NCBI GenBank assembly: GCA_963737265.1 | Contig: CAVTRY010000021.1 | Span: 224,001 to 288,000 of the forward strand | Source: an uncultured delta proteobacterium | GTDB lineage: Bacteria; Myxococcota_A; Polyangia; Fen-1088 | Length of the DNA: 64,000 nt | Reading direction: 5' to 3' | Shown here: piece after piece, positions 35,546 through 44,940 of the stretch | Layout of the letters: each line of letters starts with the position of its first letter | Position numbering within the stretch: position 1 is the stretch's first letter | Program-made: the position numbers and the translations under genes | Notes under the pieces: generated by a model | What the model saw: the letters and a program-made list of their open reading frames with translations, nothing else | Databases searched by the model: none | Told to the model about the DNA's origin: nothing

Positions 35546-36214
35546 CTACTCAATGACCTTGACCATCTTCAGCAGCTCGGCCTTAAAGGCGACCTTCTGA
35601 GCGCGAGACTGGGGAAGGTTGACCAGCAGCTTGGGCTTACCGGAGATAACGTCGAAACCGAGGACGATGCCCTGTTGGACGTACGAGCCAATGGTTGCGA
35701 CCGTCAATACATTGACACCGTCAAGGCTCTGCTTGATATCCCGGATTTCGCCCTCGAAGCCAGGCATGACGAAGACGACGCTGGTGCCCTGACTCTTGCA
35801 CAGACTGGCCAGTGCTGCGCCGGACTGGAACCGGACAATCGACTCCTCGTGGGGTATACCGGCGATCTGGGCGATGCGGGCCAACGCCCCTTGGATTTGG
35901 GAGGCTGCGCGAGCACTATCCGGATCCTTCGAGGTCAGGAGGACTATCTTGACCTTGCCCTTGGCACGCTCGGCGAAGCCCTTGTCGTAATCGGCCACGC
36001 TGGTAAAGAGCTGAACCTGCATGGGAAGGGGAACCGCGACATCGCCGGCTTGGGCCGCGCGCGGGGTGCAAAAGAGCAGAGAAAATCCGACCAATGCGCC
36101 AGCAAGGATCCGGCTGGCCGTTGACGGGCCCATCCGGCAGCTCCTGCCGGTGAAGGCCGTGGCGCTCTTGCGCGCGGTAGCTGAGCCTTCGGGCCTGTGC
36201 TTCATCGGTCGCAC
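35546..36214 (-). CDS. YfiR/DUF4154-like periplasmic protein
   Basis: Signal peptide; GIVLGFD...KPKLLVNL...F..ELLKMVKVI ending; directly after a TonB receptor. Confidence 0.75.
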   Translation of the reverse strand: MRPMKHRPEGSATARKSATAFTGRSCRMGPSTASRILAGALVGFSLLFCTPRAAQAGDVAVPLPMQVQLFTSVADYDKGFAERAKGKVKIVLLTSKDPDSARAASQIQGALARIAQIAGIPHEESIVRFQSGAALASLCKSQGTSVVFVMPGFEGEIRDIKQSLDGVNVLTVATIGSYVQQGIVLGFDVISGKPKLLVNLPQSRAQKVAFKAELLKMVKVIE

Positions 36215-38569
36215 TTAGTAATCCAACTGGAAGCCAAGCGTTATTCGAAGCTTGTCCACTGGAATGAGTTGCGGTGGTGTTTGCGTGAAGGTCAGGGTTT
36301 GCGAGCTGGACACCGCCATCACCGGTCCAACAACATACGGACCGCTGCCGGCCAACGCGTAGTCGACCAGCAGCCTGTAGGTCAGATGTTTGAGCTTCGG
36401 GACAACGCCCGACAGGGTCAGGCGCCCTTCCAATTGCGGGGGTGCGAACGGCTCTTCGATTGTGCCGTCGGCGAGCACCAAGTACTGGTCCGGCTGGCGC
36501 CGCCCCATGAACTGCGCGGCAACTGCGATCGTGGGGAATACGCCGCCCGGGACAAAGGCGAGGCGCGCGTTGCCGAACACCGAAGGTGCGCTGTTGCCGT
36601 TGCGCAAGAGCTCGGCAGTGCCGGTGGCTTGAGCTTGAACCTGCGACGTCTTGAGCTTGGCCTCGGCCAAGGTCCCGCTAAGACCATAGTGAAGGGTGTC
36701 GAATCCAAATGAGCCGTCTATCGCCAAATTGAGACCGTAATTGTCAATCGTTTCGGCGTTTTGGTACTGGGTCATCGGGACTCCGGTAGCGGCCGGTGCC
36801 GTCAGCGAGTTACGCGTGGCCTCGGTAGTCTCGGCGGCGCTCAGCTGTCGTAACTGCACGAGGTTGCTCCATCGCGAATAGAACCCGCCGAAGAGGAACC
36901 GGTGTGCACCAAGCTTCTGCTGGATACTTCCCTCGATTGACTGAACGGTTTCGGGTTTAAGCGGCGTGCCGAGGTTGATTCCTGGCTGTTCGGCCACCGC
37001 TTCGATGCCATTCAGTGTCGTACTCGCATTGGCCGCAATACGTCCGGCTGCCGAGTCGTTGGACTCATCCCAGCTCGGCGCACGAAACGCCTCGGCGTAG
37101 GCCAGCTTCAGCAGACCGTTCTTCCAGGCTTCCCAGTTGCCGGACAATCGCTTCACCAGTACCGGAGAGAAGCGAGGATCGCGGTCAAGACGAACCCCAC
37201 CATTAAAGTGAAGGGCCGGCGTGGGTGTCCACGTCTGCTGGAGGTACGCGCCGAGCGTCATGTCTGACGCGTCGATGCCGGGTATCTTCTGGGACGCTGC
37301 CAGGACAGAGGCGCCGTCGTCGGCTTGCCCAGGGTCGACGAACTGCTTGTCGTGGGAAGTCTGCATCGTGTTCAGGCGCAGGTCGGCACCCGCCATGGTG
37401 ACGAATCGCGCGTCGTGCAGCCAATCCCAGGAGGTTTGTAGATCGAGGCCCGCCCACATGGCGCTTCCCTTGTCGACAACGTCGCAGGTCGGAAGGTTGT
37501 GCCCGTTGATGTACGGACAGAGGCTGCCACGCGAGGCAATGAGGTCGTCCCGGAACGAGAAGTAGTCACCATAGAGCCGTGTCGAAACGTCGAGCAGAGC
37601 GGAAAGAGTCCGATGGTACTTGAGGTCGAACGAACGGCGGACCTCGGTCTGTTGGGTCCCCGGGTCGTCGTAATTCCCAATCCCGGTGGGTGCGGAATGG
37701 TCGTAGTGCGACTCGCGATAGTTGAGCTCGAAGTTACCCAACGTGATTCTGGCGATCGCGGCCGGAACCCGAGCGAACGGAGAATGGCTCGACTGCGTGC
37801 CGCCCCAAATGCCCGTACCAAGCACATCGCGAGTGTTCCGGCCCGGGTTGCCGGTAAAGGCATCGACACCGGTATTGACCGGACCGAACGTCATGTAGGG
37901 ACCGGCCTGCCTGTAATACTCGGCATGCGCCGACACCTCGCCCTCTTTGCCGAACAAGGAGAACTGGCGTGCATAGCCCGCTCCCGCGCGCACGCTGGTT
38001 GGGATGGACGACTCGGCCACCAGATGAAGGCCTGCATTGTCCTTGGCGCGCTTGGTGACCACGTTGATGAGGCCAAGCATCGCATTCGATCCATACAACA
38101 CCGAACCTGCCCCAACGATAACCTCGATGTGGTCGATGACCTCCATCGGGACGCCGGCGCCGACACCAAACCACGCACTTCCGCGCAGAGGCTCGTTCAT
38201 GGCGTGACCATCGACCAAGAGAAGGAAATGGCTGCCGCGGTCGCCCGTCAGAAGGACCCCACGCGCGCCAATTTCACCACCGTTTAGGTTCTCCGCGACC
38301 GTTACCCCGAGGGTCAGGAAGTTGACTGCTTCGGCCAGAGTCTTGATGCCGTAGCGACGCAAGTCATCGGCGGAAATACTGGTCGAAAGCGCCGGCGCCG
38401 AGCTGGCCCCTTCGGCTTGCTTGGACGCCGAAGTCACGATCTGTTCGCTAAGCAAGCTTTCCAGATCGCCGAGACCGTCTGCGTGGGCGGCTCGGGCTAA
38501 GGAAAGGATCCCTGCGAGCACGGCCAGGACCTTTCCCCACCTCCGCGCGTGACCGGAACGAGGCTTCAT
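36215..38569 (-). CDS. TonB-dependent receptor
   Basis: LESLL..VTSASK, IEVIVGAGSVLYGSNA plug motif, C-terminal Y. Confidence 0.9.
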   Translation of the reverse strand: MKPRSGHARRWGKVLAVLAGILSLARAAHADGLGDLESLLSEQIVTSASKQAEGASSAPALSTSISADDLRRYGIKTLAEAVNFLTLGVTVAENLNGGEIGARGVLLTGDRGSHFLLLVDGHAMNEPLRGSAWFGVGAGVPMEVIDHIEVIVGAGSVLYGSNAMLGLINVVTKRAKDNAGLHLVAESSIPTSVRAGAGYARQFSLFGKEGEVSAHAEYYRQAGPYMTFGPVNTGVDAFTGNPGRNTRDVLGTGIWGGTQSSHSPFARVPAAIARITLGNFELNYRESHYDHSAPTGIGNYDDPGTQQTEVRRSFDLKYHRTLSALLDVSTRLYGDYFSFRDDLIASRGSLCPYINGHNLPTCDVVDKGSAMWAGLDLQTSWDWLHDARFVTMAGADLRLNTMQTSHDKQFVDPGQADDGASVLAASQKIPGIDASDMTLGAYLQQTWTPTPALHFNGGVRLDRDPRFSPVLVKRLSGNWEAWKNGLLKLAYAEAFRAPSWDESNDSAAGRIAANASTTLNGIEAVAEQPGINLGTPLKPETVQSIEGSIQQKLGAHRFLFGGFYSRWSNLVQLRQLSAAETTEATRNSLTAPAATGVPMTQYQNAETIDNYGLNLAIDGSFGFDTLHYGLSGTLAEAKLKTSQVQAQATGTAELLRNGNSAPSVFGNARLAFVPGGVFPTIAVAAQFMGRRQPDQYLVLADGTIEEPFAPPQLEGRLTLSGVVPKLKHLTYRLLVDYALAGSGPYVVGPVMAVSSSQTLTFTQTPPQLIPVDKLRITLGFQLDY

Positions 38570-38730
38570 CCACTCTCCCGAATGGTCGTACCTCCGGCGC
38601 TGGGCACCAGCACTCCGCAGCTTTGGCGAGAAGTCCGTCGCATTCGGCAACGATCGGAAGGTGCGGCGAATATCTTTAGGGACCCTTGCACGCCGAACGG
38701 CTCGGTCAGACTTTCACCACGGGCTGCTAG

Positions 38731-38846
38731 TCTAGAGCACCGAAAGGGTTGACCGATCGAGTGAAATCAAGAAGTTGCGAGCAACGCAGGGACGAGACGC
38801 AAATCCTTGATTTCACGACGGGAGTCAACCCGTTCGGTGCTCTAGA
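38731..38846. mobile_element. MITE-like element (116 bp) with about 41-bp imperfect terminal inverted repeats
   Basis: tctagagcaccgaaagggttgac...gtgaaatcaag versus cttgatttcac...gtcaacccgttcggtgctctaga; CTAG at both ends. Confidence 0.6.
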
Positions 38847-39675
38847 TTCGGCCGGCGCGCAGGTCGGCGACGACTTGGATGGCGACTTCGTGCACGCGTC
38901 CGTTGGATGCGACGAGGCCGCTCGGATTTTGCAAAGTCGGGTTGGCGTAGCACAGGGCGCTGCCGCTGCAATCAGTGATTCTGCCGCCCGCCGCGGTCAG
39001 AATCGCTTCCGGACCGCAACTGTCCCATATCTTGGTGTGACCACCGGGGTAGACGTAAAGGTCGCGCGAACCTTCCGCGATGAGCGCAACCTTGAGCCCG
39101 ACGCTGCCCAAAGCAAGCTCGTCCTCGACGCCGAGCGCCCGTCGAAACCGTTGGTAGTACTCGCTGCGATGGGATTTGGATGAGACCAACCGAATGTCGG
39201 AGGATTTGTCGATCGCCGATACTCGCAACGGCGCGCGTTCGCCTCCGGGCGACTCCTTCCAGGCCCCCATGCCGACCACGCCCAGCCACACCTGTCGCGT
39301 GGCGGGCTGAACCACGACCCCCAGCAACGGCCGGCCTGCAACGCAGAGGCCGAGCATGACGACATAGCTGGTATCGCCGGCTACGAAATCGCGCGTGCCG
39401 TCGATGGGGTCGATCATCCACACCCGTGGATTGACGAGTCGCTCGCCGTCGTCGGGTATTTCCTCCGACAGGACCGCGTCGCCGGGAAACGCGTGGCGCA
39501 AGCGCCGCACGATGAGCTCGCTCGATTGGAGATCCGCCTGGGTCACCGGCTCGCCGCCGCTCTTGTGCTCCACGCCGAGCGGACGGCCGGTGAAACTGGC
39601 GACAAGCGCCCCCGCTTCGAGCGCCACAGCGCGCGCGGTTTCGAGCTCGCGGGAAAGATCCACGGTTGGCGACAT
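38842..39675 (-). CDS. cysQ: 3'(2'),5'-bisphosphate nucleotidase (inositol monophosphatase family)
   Basis: PVTQAD, SEE, IDPIDGT, SKSH, WD motifs. Confidence 0.92.
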   Translation of the reverse strand: MSPTVDLSRELETARAVALEAGALVASFTGRPLGVEHKSGGEPVTQADLQSSELIVRRLRHAFPGDAVLSEEIPDDGERLVNPRVWMIDPIDGTRDFVAGDTSYVVMLGLCVAGRPLLGVVVQPATRQVWLGVVGMGAWKESPGGERAPLRVSAIDKSSDIRLVSSKSHRSEYYQRFRRALGVEDELALGSVGLKVALIAEGSRDLYVYPGGHTKIWDSCGPEAILTAAGGRITDCSGSALCYANPTLQNPSGLVASNGRVHEVAIQVVADLRAGRI

Positions 39676-39803
39676 GCGACGGAACCATAGCAGGCGAATT
39701 CTTGGCGGGGCCAGCTCGCCTCGATTTCTGTCGGCGAACAGATCGCGGTTGCAGGGTCCGCCGCTTCTTCATTTCAACATATTCAATCCGCGTTACACTC
39801 GCC

Positions 39804-40664
39804 TTGGCCGCGCGATTTCGACTCATCGAAGAAGACGGCCGCTACCGCCTCGACGGCAAGGTGACGACTTTCTCGGGCGCGCCCAGCCCCGACGAACGCC
39901 TCGCCCTCTACCTGGCACGCGAGCAGGCCGCCGGCTGGAAGCACACCTCGCTTGGCCGCGCCCTCGACACCCTGTGGAACCGCGTTTCGTCGACCGATGG
40001 CCAAGCCGCCCTCTTTCCCGTCGAGACCGTACCGTGGTTCGCCACGCGCGGCTTTTCCGCGATCGACTACTGCCAACACCGCCACATCCTCGAAACCATC
40101 GAGCGCGCAACCCGCGAGCGCACCGTCATCGCCGCCCGCTACCGCGCCGCCTCGTCCGGCCAACTCACCAGCCGCCACATCGAACCCGGCCAGCTTCACT
40201 GGGATCCCGGCCTCGAGAGTCTCTACCTTATCGGGTGGTGCCGCCTGCGCAACGACGTGCGCGTCTTCGCCATCCATCGCTTCGCCGCCGTCACCCTCCT
40301 CGACGAGCGCTGCCCGCCCCGCGCCGAAACAAGATCGGTGGCGGCGTTGCGGAAGGCCTTTCGCGTGTGGCGGAGCGATCGCGTAGAAAGGGTCCGCATC
40401 GCATTCACCGCCGACATCGCCGCCGAGATCCGCGAACGCAAGTGGATGGCCGGACAACAAGTCGTGGAAGACAACGGCGGCGTGATCCTCAGCGGAGACG
40501 TCGCGGGATTGGCCGAAGTCGAACGCTGGGTCTTGAGCTACGGACCATCGGCGAAAGTGCTGGAGCCGGTGGAGCTGGCCGAAAGCGTGGCGAAGAAGCT
40601 GCGCGAAGGCGCGGCGGGGTACGCGGAAAAGACGGCGCGCGGACGAAAGGTTGACCAGAGATGA
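39804..40664 (+). CDS. WYL/WCX-domain regulator, N-terminal HTH apparently missing
   Basis: RHIEPGQL...LYLIGWCRLRNDVRVFAIHRF (WYL) and WVLSYGPSAKVLEPVEL (WCX). Confidence 0.85.
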   Translation: MAARFRLIEEDGRYRLDGKVTTFSGAPSPDERLALYLAREQAAGWKHTSLGRALDTLWNRVSSTDGQAALFPVETVPWFATRGFSAIDYCQHRHILETIERATRERTVIAARYRAASSGQLTSRHIEPGQLHWDPGLESLYLIGWCRLRNDVRVFAIHRFAAVTLLDERCPPRAETRSVAALRKAFRVWRSDRVERVRIAFTADIAAEIRERKWMAGQQVVEDNGGVILSGDVAGLAEVERWVLSYGPSAKVLEPVELAESVAKKLREGAAGYAEKTARGRKVDQR

Positions 40665-40683
40665 CAATAGCGGGGTGTAGGGT
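40651..40683 (+). promoter_or_regulatory. Putative WYL-activated promoter of cas3 operon
   Basis: TTGACC-agaga-TGACAA-tagcggggtg-TAGGGT; same architecture at 47999-48031. Confidence 0.6.
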
Positions 40684-40710
40684 GGCGGGGATCAGAAAGA
40701 CCCACGAGGC

Positions 40711-43536
40711 ATGAACATGTCCGAATCCAACGAACACCCGGAGATCCCGTTCTTCCGCACGAAGTTCAAGGCGCTGATGGGGTTCCTCCCGATGCCGTGG
40801 CAGGAAGCCCTGTTCTCACGTTTCCTCAGCGCCGACCTCCCGTCCGCATGTGACATCCCCACGGGCTTGGGCAAGACAGCGGTGATGGCGATCTGGCTTA
40901 TCACCCTGGCTCGTCAGGCCCAACGGGGCGATGTAGGGTTGCCCAGGCGCTTGGTCTACGTCGTGAACCGCCGGACAGTGGTGGACCAAGCGACCCGCGA
41001 GGCCGAGAAGATGCGCGAGGCACTAGGTACTCCCGATCTCGCTCCCGAGGCCAGCGCGCTACGGGGGCTATGTGCAACCGCCTCCGAATGTCCCCTTGCG
41101 GTCAGCACGCTGCGCGGCCAGTTCGCTGACAACGCTGAATGGCGCATTGATCCGGGCCGACCGGCGATCGTGGTGGGGACGGTGGATATGATTGGCAGCA
41201 GACTGCTCTTTTCGGGTTACGGCTGCGGCTTCAAATCCAGGCCACTTCACGCCGGATTTCTCGGTCAGGATTCACTTCTGGTACACGACGAGGCCCACCT
41301 TGAGCCTGCGTTCCAAGCCCTCATCACCGCGATCGAAAGGGAACAGGATCGTTGCCATGACGTGCGGCCCCTCCGAGTACTAGCCTTGACGGCCACGTCG
41401 CGAGACAATCGGTCCGCGGCTGGTCTCACGGACGCCGAGCAGACACCGGGCTCCGTTCCCAATGCGAGCCAACCGCTCCGCGAGGTGTGGAAGCGCACGT
41501 CCGCGAAGAAGGGCATCGCGTTCCATCCTGTCAGCGAAGAAGGTGCGATTCCGGACAAGGTTCTGGAACTGGCGAAGGTTGACGAGAACAGCGGCAAAGC
41601 TGTCTTGGTCTTTCTCCGAAAACTCGACCACGTCGAGAAGGTCGCTGGGAAGCTCCCAGAGGAAAGGACCCGGTCGCTCACCGGTACGATGCGAGGATGC
41701 GAGCGAGATATTCTGGTCACCGGGGATTCGGTCTTTGCGCGCTTCCTCCGCAAATCGCCGGTGGGTGTGACACCTCAAAGCGGTACCGTGTACCTCGTCT
41801 GCACCTCGGCCGGTGAAGTTGGCGTCAATATCTCAGCTGACTATCTCGTCAGCGACCTGACCCCCTTCGACAGCATGGCCCAGCGCTTCGGCAGGGTGAA
41901 TCGATTCGGTGATGGCGACGCGAGAATCGACATCGTTCACGCGGTTGTCGGCTCCTCGGAAGAGACTGCCGAACCGCCCCTCAACGCGCAAGACGCGCCA
42001 GTCCCCTCGAATGGTACGGGGGCAGGAGACGGAACAGAGAATGACGCCAGTGCAAACGCTACCCTCGTCGAGGGGGACAACAAAGGAAAAGATACGGACG
42101 ACGGCGTGTCTGCCTTTGACCGCGCTTGCACCAACACTTTCCGACTGCTGGAGCGCCTGCGGGTGCGCGACGATGGTCGTCGTGATGCCAGTCCCATCGG
42201 TCTCGCAACTCTGCCGCCTGAAGACCGCCAAGCCGCATTCACGCCCGCACCGGCGATTCCCGCGGTGACTGACATTCTGTTCGATGCCTGGGCGCTGACC
42301 TCTGTGCGCGGGAGAATGCCTGGCCGGCCTCCGGTTGCCGAATGGCTGCACGGCATCGCAACGTGGGAGCCTCCTGAGACCCACGTCGCGTGGCGCGAAG
42401 AGGTCAGCCGTCTACGCGACAACATCCTGGAGCAAGCCGCCCCCGAGGATCTGCTCGATGATTACCCACTCAAGCCTCACGAGTTGCTACGCGATGTCAC
42501 TGGTCGCATCGAGCGGGAGATCAAGAACCTCGCAAGGATCGCTGAGAACAAGCGGCTCCCCGTCTGGCTCCGTGACGACGACGGCAAGATAGCGGTGACG
42601 ACGCTCGCCGATATCGTGAACGGCGACGGCCTCGATCTCCGCAGAATGACAGTCATATTGCCGCCAGAGATGGGCGGTCTGAGCGACCGAGGCACCCTCG
42701 ACGGCAAAGCCAAGTTCGATGAGGGAACCCACTACGACATCGCTGACGAGTGGAAGGACGAACATGGTCACTTCCGCCGAAAGCGCCTGTGGGACGACGA
42801 GCCCCAACCACACGGAATGCGATTGGTGTGTGCAATCGACTGCGATCCTGACGCCGCCGAGGCGACGGGGGATGAAGAAGAAGGCGGCAAGCGCTGGTGG
42901 CGTTGGTATGCCCAGCCGCGTTCAGCAGACGACGAGGGCTCTCAAAGCGCCCTGACTCCGCAGGAGCTCGGTCCCCACCTCTCTGCTGCTTCACATTTCG
43001 GCACCATGATCGTCGGCCACCTCGGGCTCGATGAGCCTGCCAGGACTGCTGTCTTGCTCGCCGCAGGCTGGCACGACCAGGGGAAACGCCGAGCGATCTG
43101 GCAGCGCGCCGTCGGAAATCAGCACTATCCCAGCCTCGTGCTGGCAAAGCCGGCCGGCAAGATGAACATTGCCAACCTGAGCAACTACCGCCACGAGTTG
43201 GGTTCGCTGCTTGAGGTCCAAGCCGATGCGAAGTTCCGCTCCCTTGCGCAAGAGGTGCAGGATCTTGTCCTGCATTTCATCGCCAGCCATCACGGTCGTG
43301 CTCGGCCGCACTTCTTCGAGAGCGAGGCATTCGACAACGAGCATCCCGAGTCCTTGGCGCTTGCCGCCGCCGGCGAAGCCCCACGCCGATTCGCTCGACT
43401 CCAGCGACGGTACGGCCGCTGGGGTCTCGCCTATCTCGAGTCGTTGCTTCGCGCCGCCGATGCCCTCGCCTCCCAGGTCGATGACGGCCGGCCAGCAGGC
43501 TCGGACGCACGAGACGCGACCGGAGGTGTTCAATGA
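40711..43536 (+). CDS. cas3: Type I-G Cas3 helicase with C-terminal HD nuclease
   Basis: PTGLGKT, DEAH, TAT, QRFGRVNRFG; C-terminal WHDQGK, RHE, SHHG. Confidence 0.96.
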   Translation: MNMSESNEHPEIPFFRTKFKALMGFLPMPWQEALFSRFLSADLPSACDIPTGLGKTAVMAIWLITLARQAQRGDVGLPRRLVYVVNRRTVVDQATREAEKMREALGTPDLAPEASALRGLCATASECPLAVSTLRGQFADNAEWRIDPGRPAIVVGTVDMIGSRLLFSGYGCGFKSRPLHAGFLGQDSLLVHDEAHLEPAFQALITAIEREQDRCHDVRPLRVLALTATSRDNRSAAGLTDAEQTPGSVPNASQPLREVWKRTSAKKGIAFHPVSEEGAIPDKVLELAKVDENSGKAVLVFLRKLDHVEKVAGKLPEERTRSLTGTMRGCERDILVTGDSVFARFLRKSPVGVTPQSGTVYLVCTSAGEVGVNISADYLVSDLTPFDSMAQRFGRVNRFGDGDARIDIVHAVVGSSEETAEPPLNAQDAPVPSNGTGAGDGTENDASANATLVEGDNKGKDTDDGVSAFDRACTNTFRLLERLRVRDDGRRDASPIGLATLPPEDRQAAFTPAPAIPAVTDILFDAWALTSVRGRMPGRPPVAEWLHGIATWEPPETHVAWREEVSRLRDNILEQAAPEDLLDDYPLKPHELLRDVTGRIEREIKNLARIAENKRLPVWLRDDDGKIAVTTLADIVNGDGLDLRRMTVILPPEMGGLSDRGTLDGKAKFDEGTHYDIADEWKDEHGHFRRKRLWDDEPQPHGMRLVCAIDCDPDAAEATGDEEEGGKRWWRWYAQPRSADDEGSQSALTPQELGPHLSAASHFGTMIVGHLGLDEPARTAVLLAAGWHDQGKRRAIWQRAVGNQHYPSLVLAKPAGKMNIANLSNYRHELGSLLEVQADAKFRSLAQEVQDLVLHFIASHHGRARPHFFESEAFDNEHPESLALAAAGEAPRRFARLQRRYGRWGLAYLESLLRAADALASQVDDGRPAGSDARDATGGVQ

Positions 43537-44411
43537 GCGGGCGGGCCGAAGACACAATCCGCATCCGCGTCGATCCAACCAATCCCGGCCAATTCTTCGC
43601 CTGCTGTGGTCTTCTGGAACTCGCGGACCGCCTCTGGGGCGGGGCCGAGGGATGGTTCGACGCCGACAGTCTCGGCTTCAACCTGCGGGCATTGTCCGCC
43701 TCTGGGCGGACCGCGGAAGACCTGCTGGTGCAGATGGCCCGTAGCGCGCTGACAAACACTATGACGGCCGCACAAATTGATCGGCGTGAATCCCTCGGTG
43801 CAATCCCGAAGAAAGCAAGGAGCAAAGCTATCGACACCGAAAAGGCGAAACTCGACAGCATTTGGAGAGAGGCGCCCGTGGTTCTGGGACACCCGTTCGG
43901 AATTCTCTTGGATTGGTTCCGGGACGACCAGTCGGGAGGTAGTGACCTCAAGACCTGGGCGGGGCAACAGTCGGCGATAGAGATAGCCCGCAGCATGCGG
44001 GCGGCCGCCGGCACGGTCCTGAGGGAAATTCAGCCTGACCTCTGCCTATCGGCCATGGCTGCCGACGACTCTCTTCCTTTCAACTTTGATTCGGATCTTG
44101 GCGCAGTGGGCGGAGCCCTCGACGTTGGCTTCAGCTTCGACCCATTGAAAGACATCGCCGTCCGAATCAAACCACTCACCGAGTTTGCGGCCTTCGTCGG
44201 CCTTCAACGATTCCGCCCACGCCGGATGGGCAAGGAAAACCGGTATCGCTACGGAACGTGGAAGCAGCCTATGGAACCGAGCGTCGCTCAAGTTGCAGCG
44301 TGCGGACTGCTTGGCACAGAAGCGGCTGCGATCTGGGAGTTTAGGCTTCTCTATCGAACGAAATACTTGAAGAGCTTTCTGCCTTCTCAACCAACTGGAG
44401 GTCCCCAATGA
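43533..44411 (+). CDS. cas8: Type I-G large subunit (Cas8u2/Csb3-like)
   Basis: VDPTNPGQFFACCGLLELA start, KTWAGQQ, GLQRFRP; located between cas3 and cas7. Confidence 0.8.
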   Translation: MSGRAEDTIRIRVDPTNPGQFFACCGLLELADRLWGGAEGWFDADSLGFNLRALSASGRTAEDLLVQMARSALTNTMTAAQIDRRESLGAIPKKARSKAIDTEKAKLDSIWREAPVVLGHPFGILLDWFRDDQSGGSDLKTWAGQQSAIEIARSMRAAAGTVLREIQPDLCLSAMAADDSLPFNFDSDLGAVGGALDVGFSFDPLKDIAVRIKPLTEFAAFVGLQRFRPRRMGKENRYRYGTWKQPMEPSVAQVAACGLLGTEAAAIWEFRLLYRTKYLKSFLPSQPTGGPQ

Positions 44412-44928
44412 GCGAGGAATCAACCGTCAAACTCGAGAGTTACGATTCGTGGCTAGCTGACGATACCGGCCCGGCCGCACTGGTCATCCGGGAGAACCTG
44501 ATTCCCGTGGAGGGGCCCGACGGCGTTTTGTTCCCCGCCACATTCGCCGCCGGGGACGGGTTCAAGGGCGGATACAATATTGACACATTCCCTGATGGCA
44601 AGAACGTCTGCCTCGTCGACAGCGTCGGTTCGCAAGCGAACAGAATCGAGCCATTGTTTGCCCAGGGGGCCTATGTGGGCCTAGTGCCCCAAGTGATCGT
44701 GAAGGCCGGGGAAAAGAGGGTGAACCTGCTCGATGCTGGGCACCGCGCAGGGGATGCCATAGTCCGGTGTTCCGCGCTGAAACAGCCGCTCCAGGACGCG
44801 TTCAAAGCGGCTCTCAGGGGCGACTGTCGGCCCCTTGCAGAGATCGCACCGACCTCCCTCGTATTCGGCGTCTGGGTGATGGAAACCCGAAGAAGGTTCA
44901 GAAGTCACGGAGCAAGTCTGCCAAGTAG
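44408..44928 (+). pseudogene. cas7: Type I-G Cas7 (Csb1), internally deleted
   Basis: FPATF, DSVGSQANRIE, HRAGDA, PTSLVFGVW then homology stops at codon 156; Lys-rich tail with stop at 44926-44928 in another frame. Confidence 0.85.
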
Positions 44929-44940
44929 GGGGATCATGGC

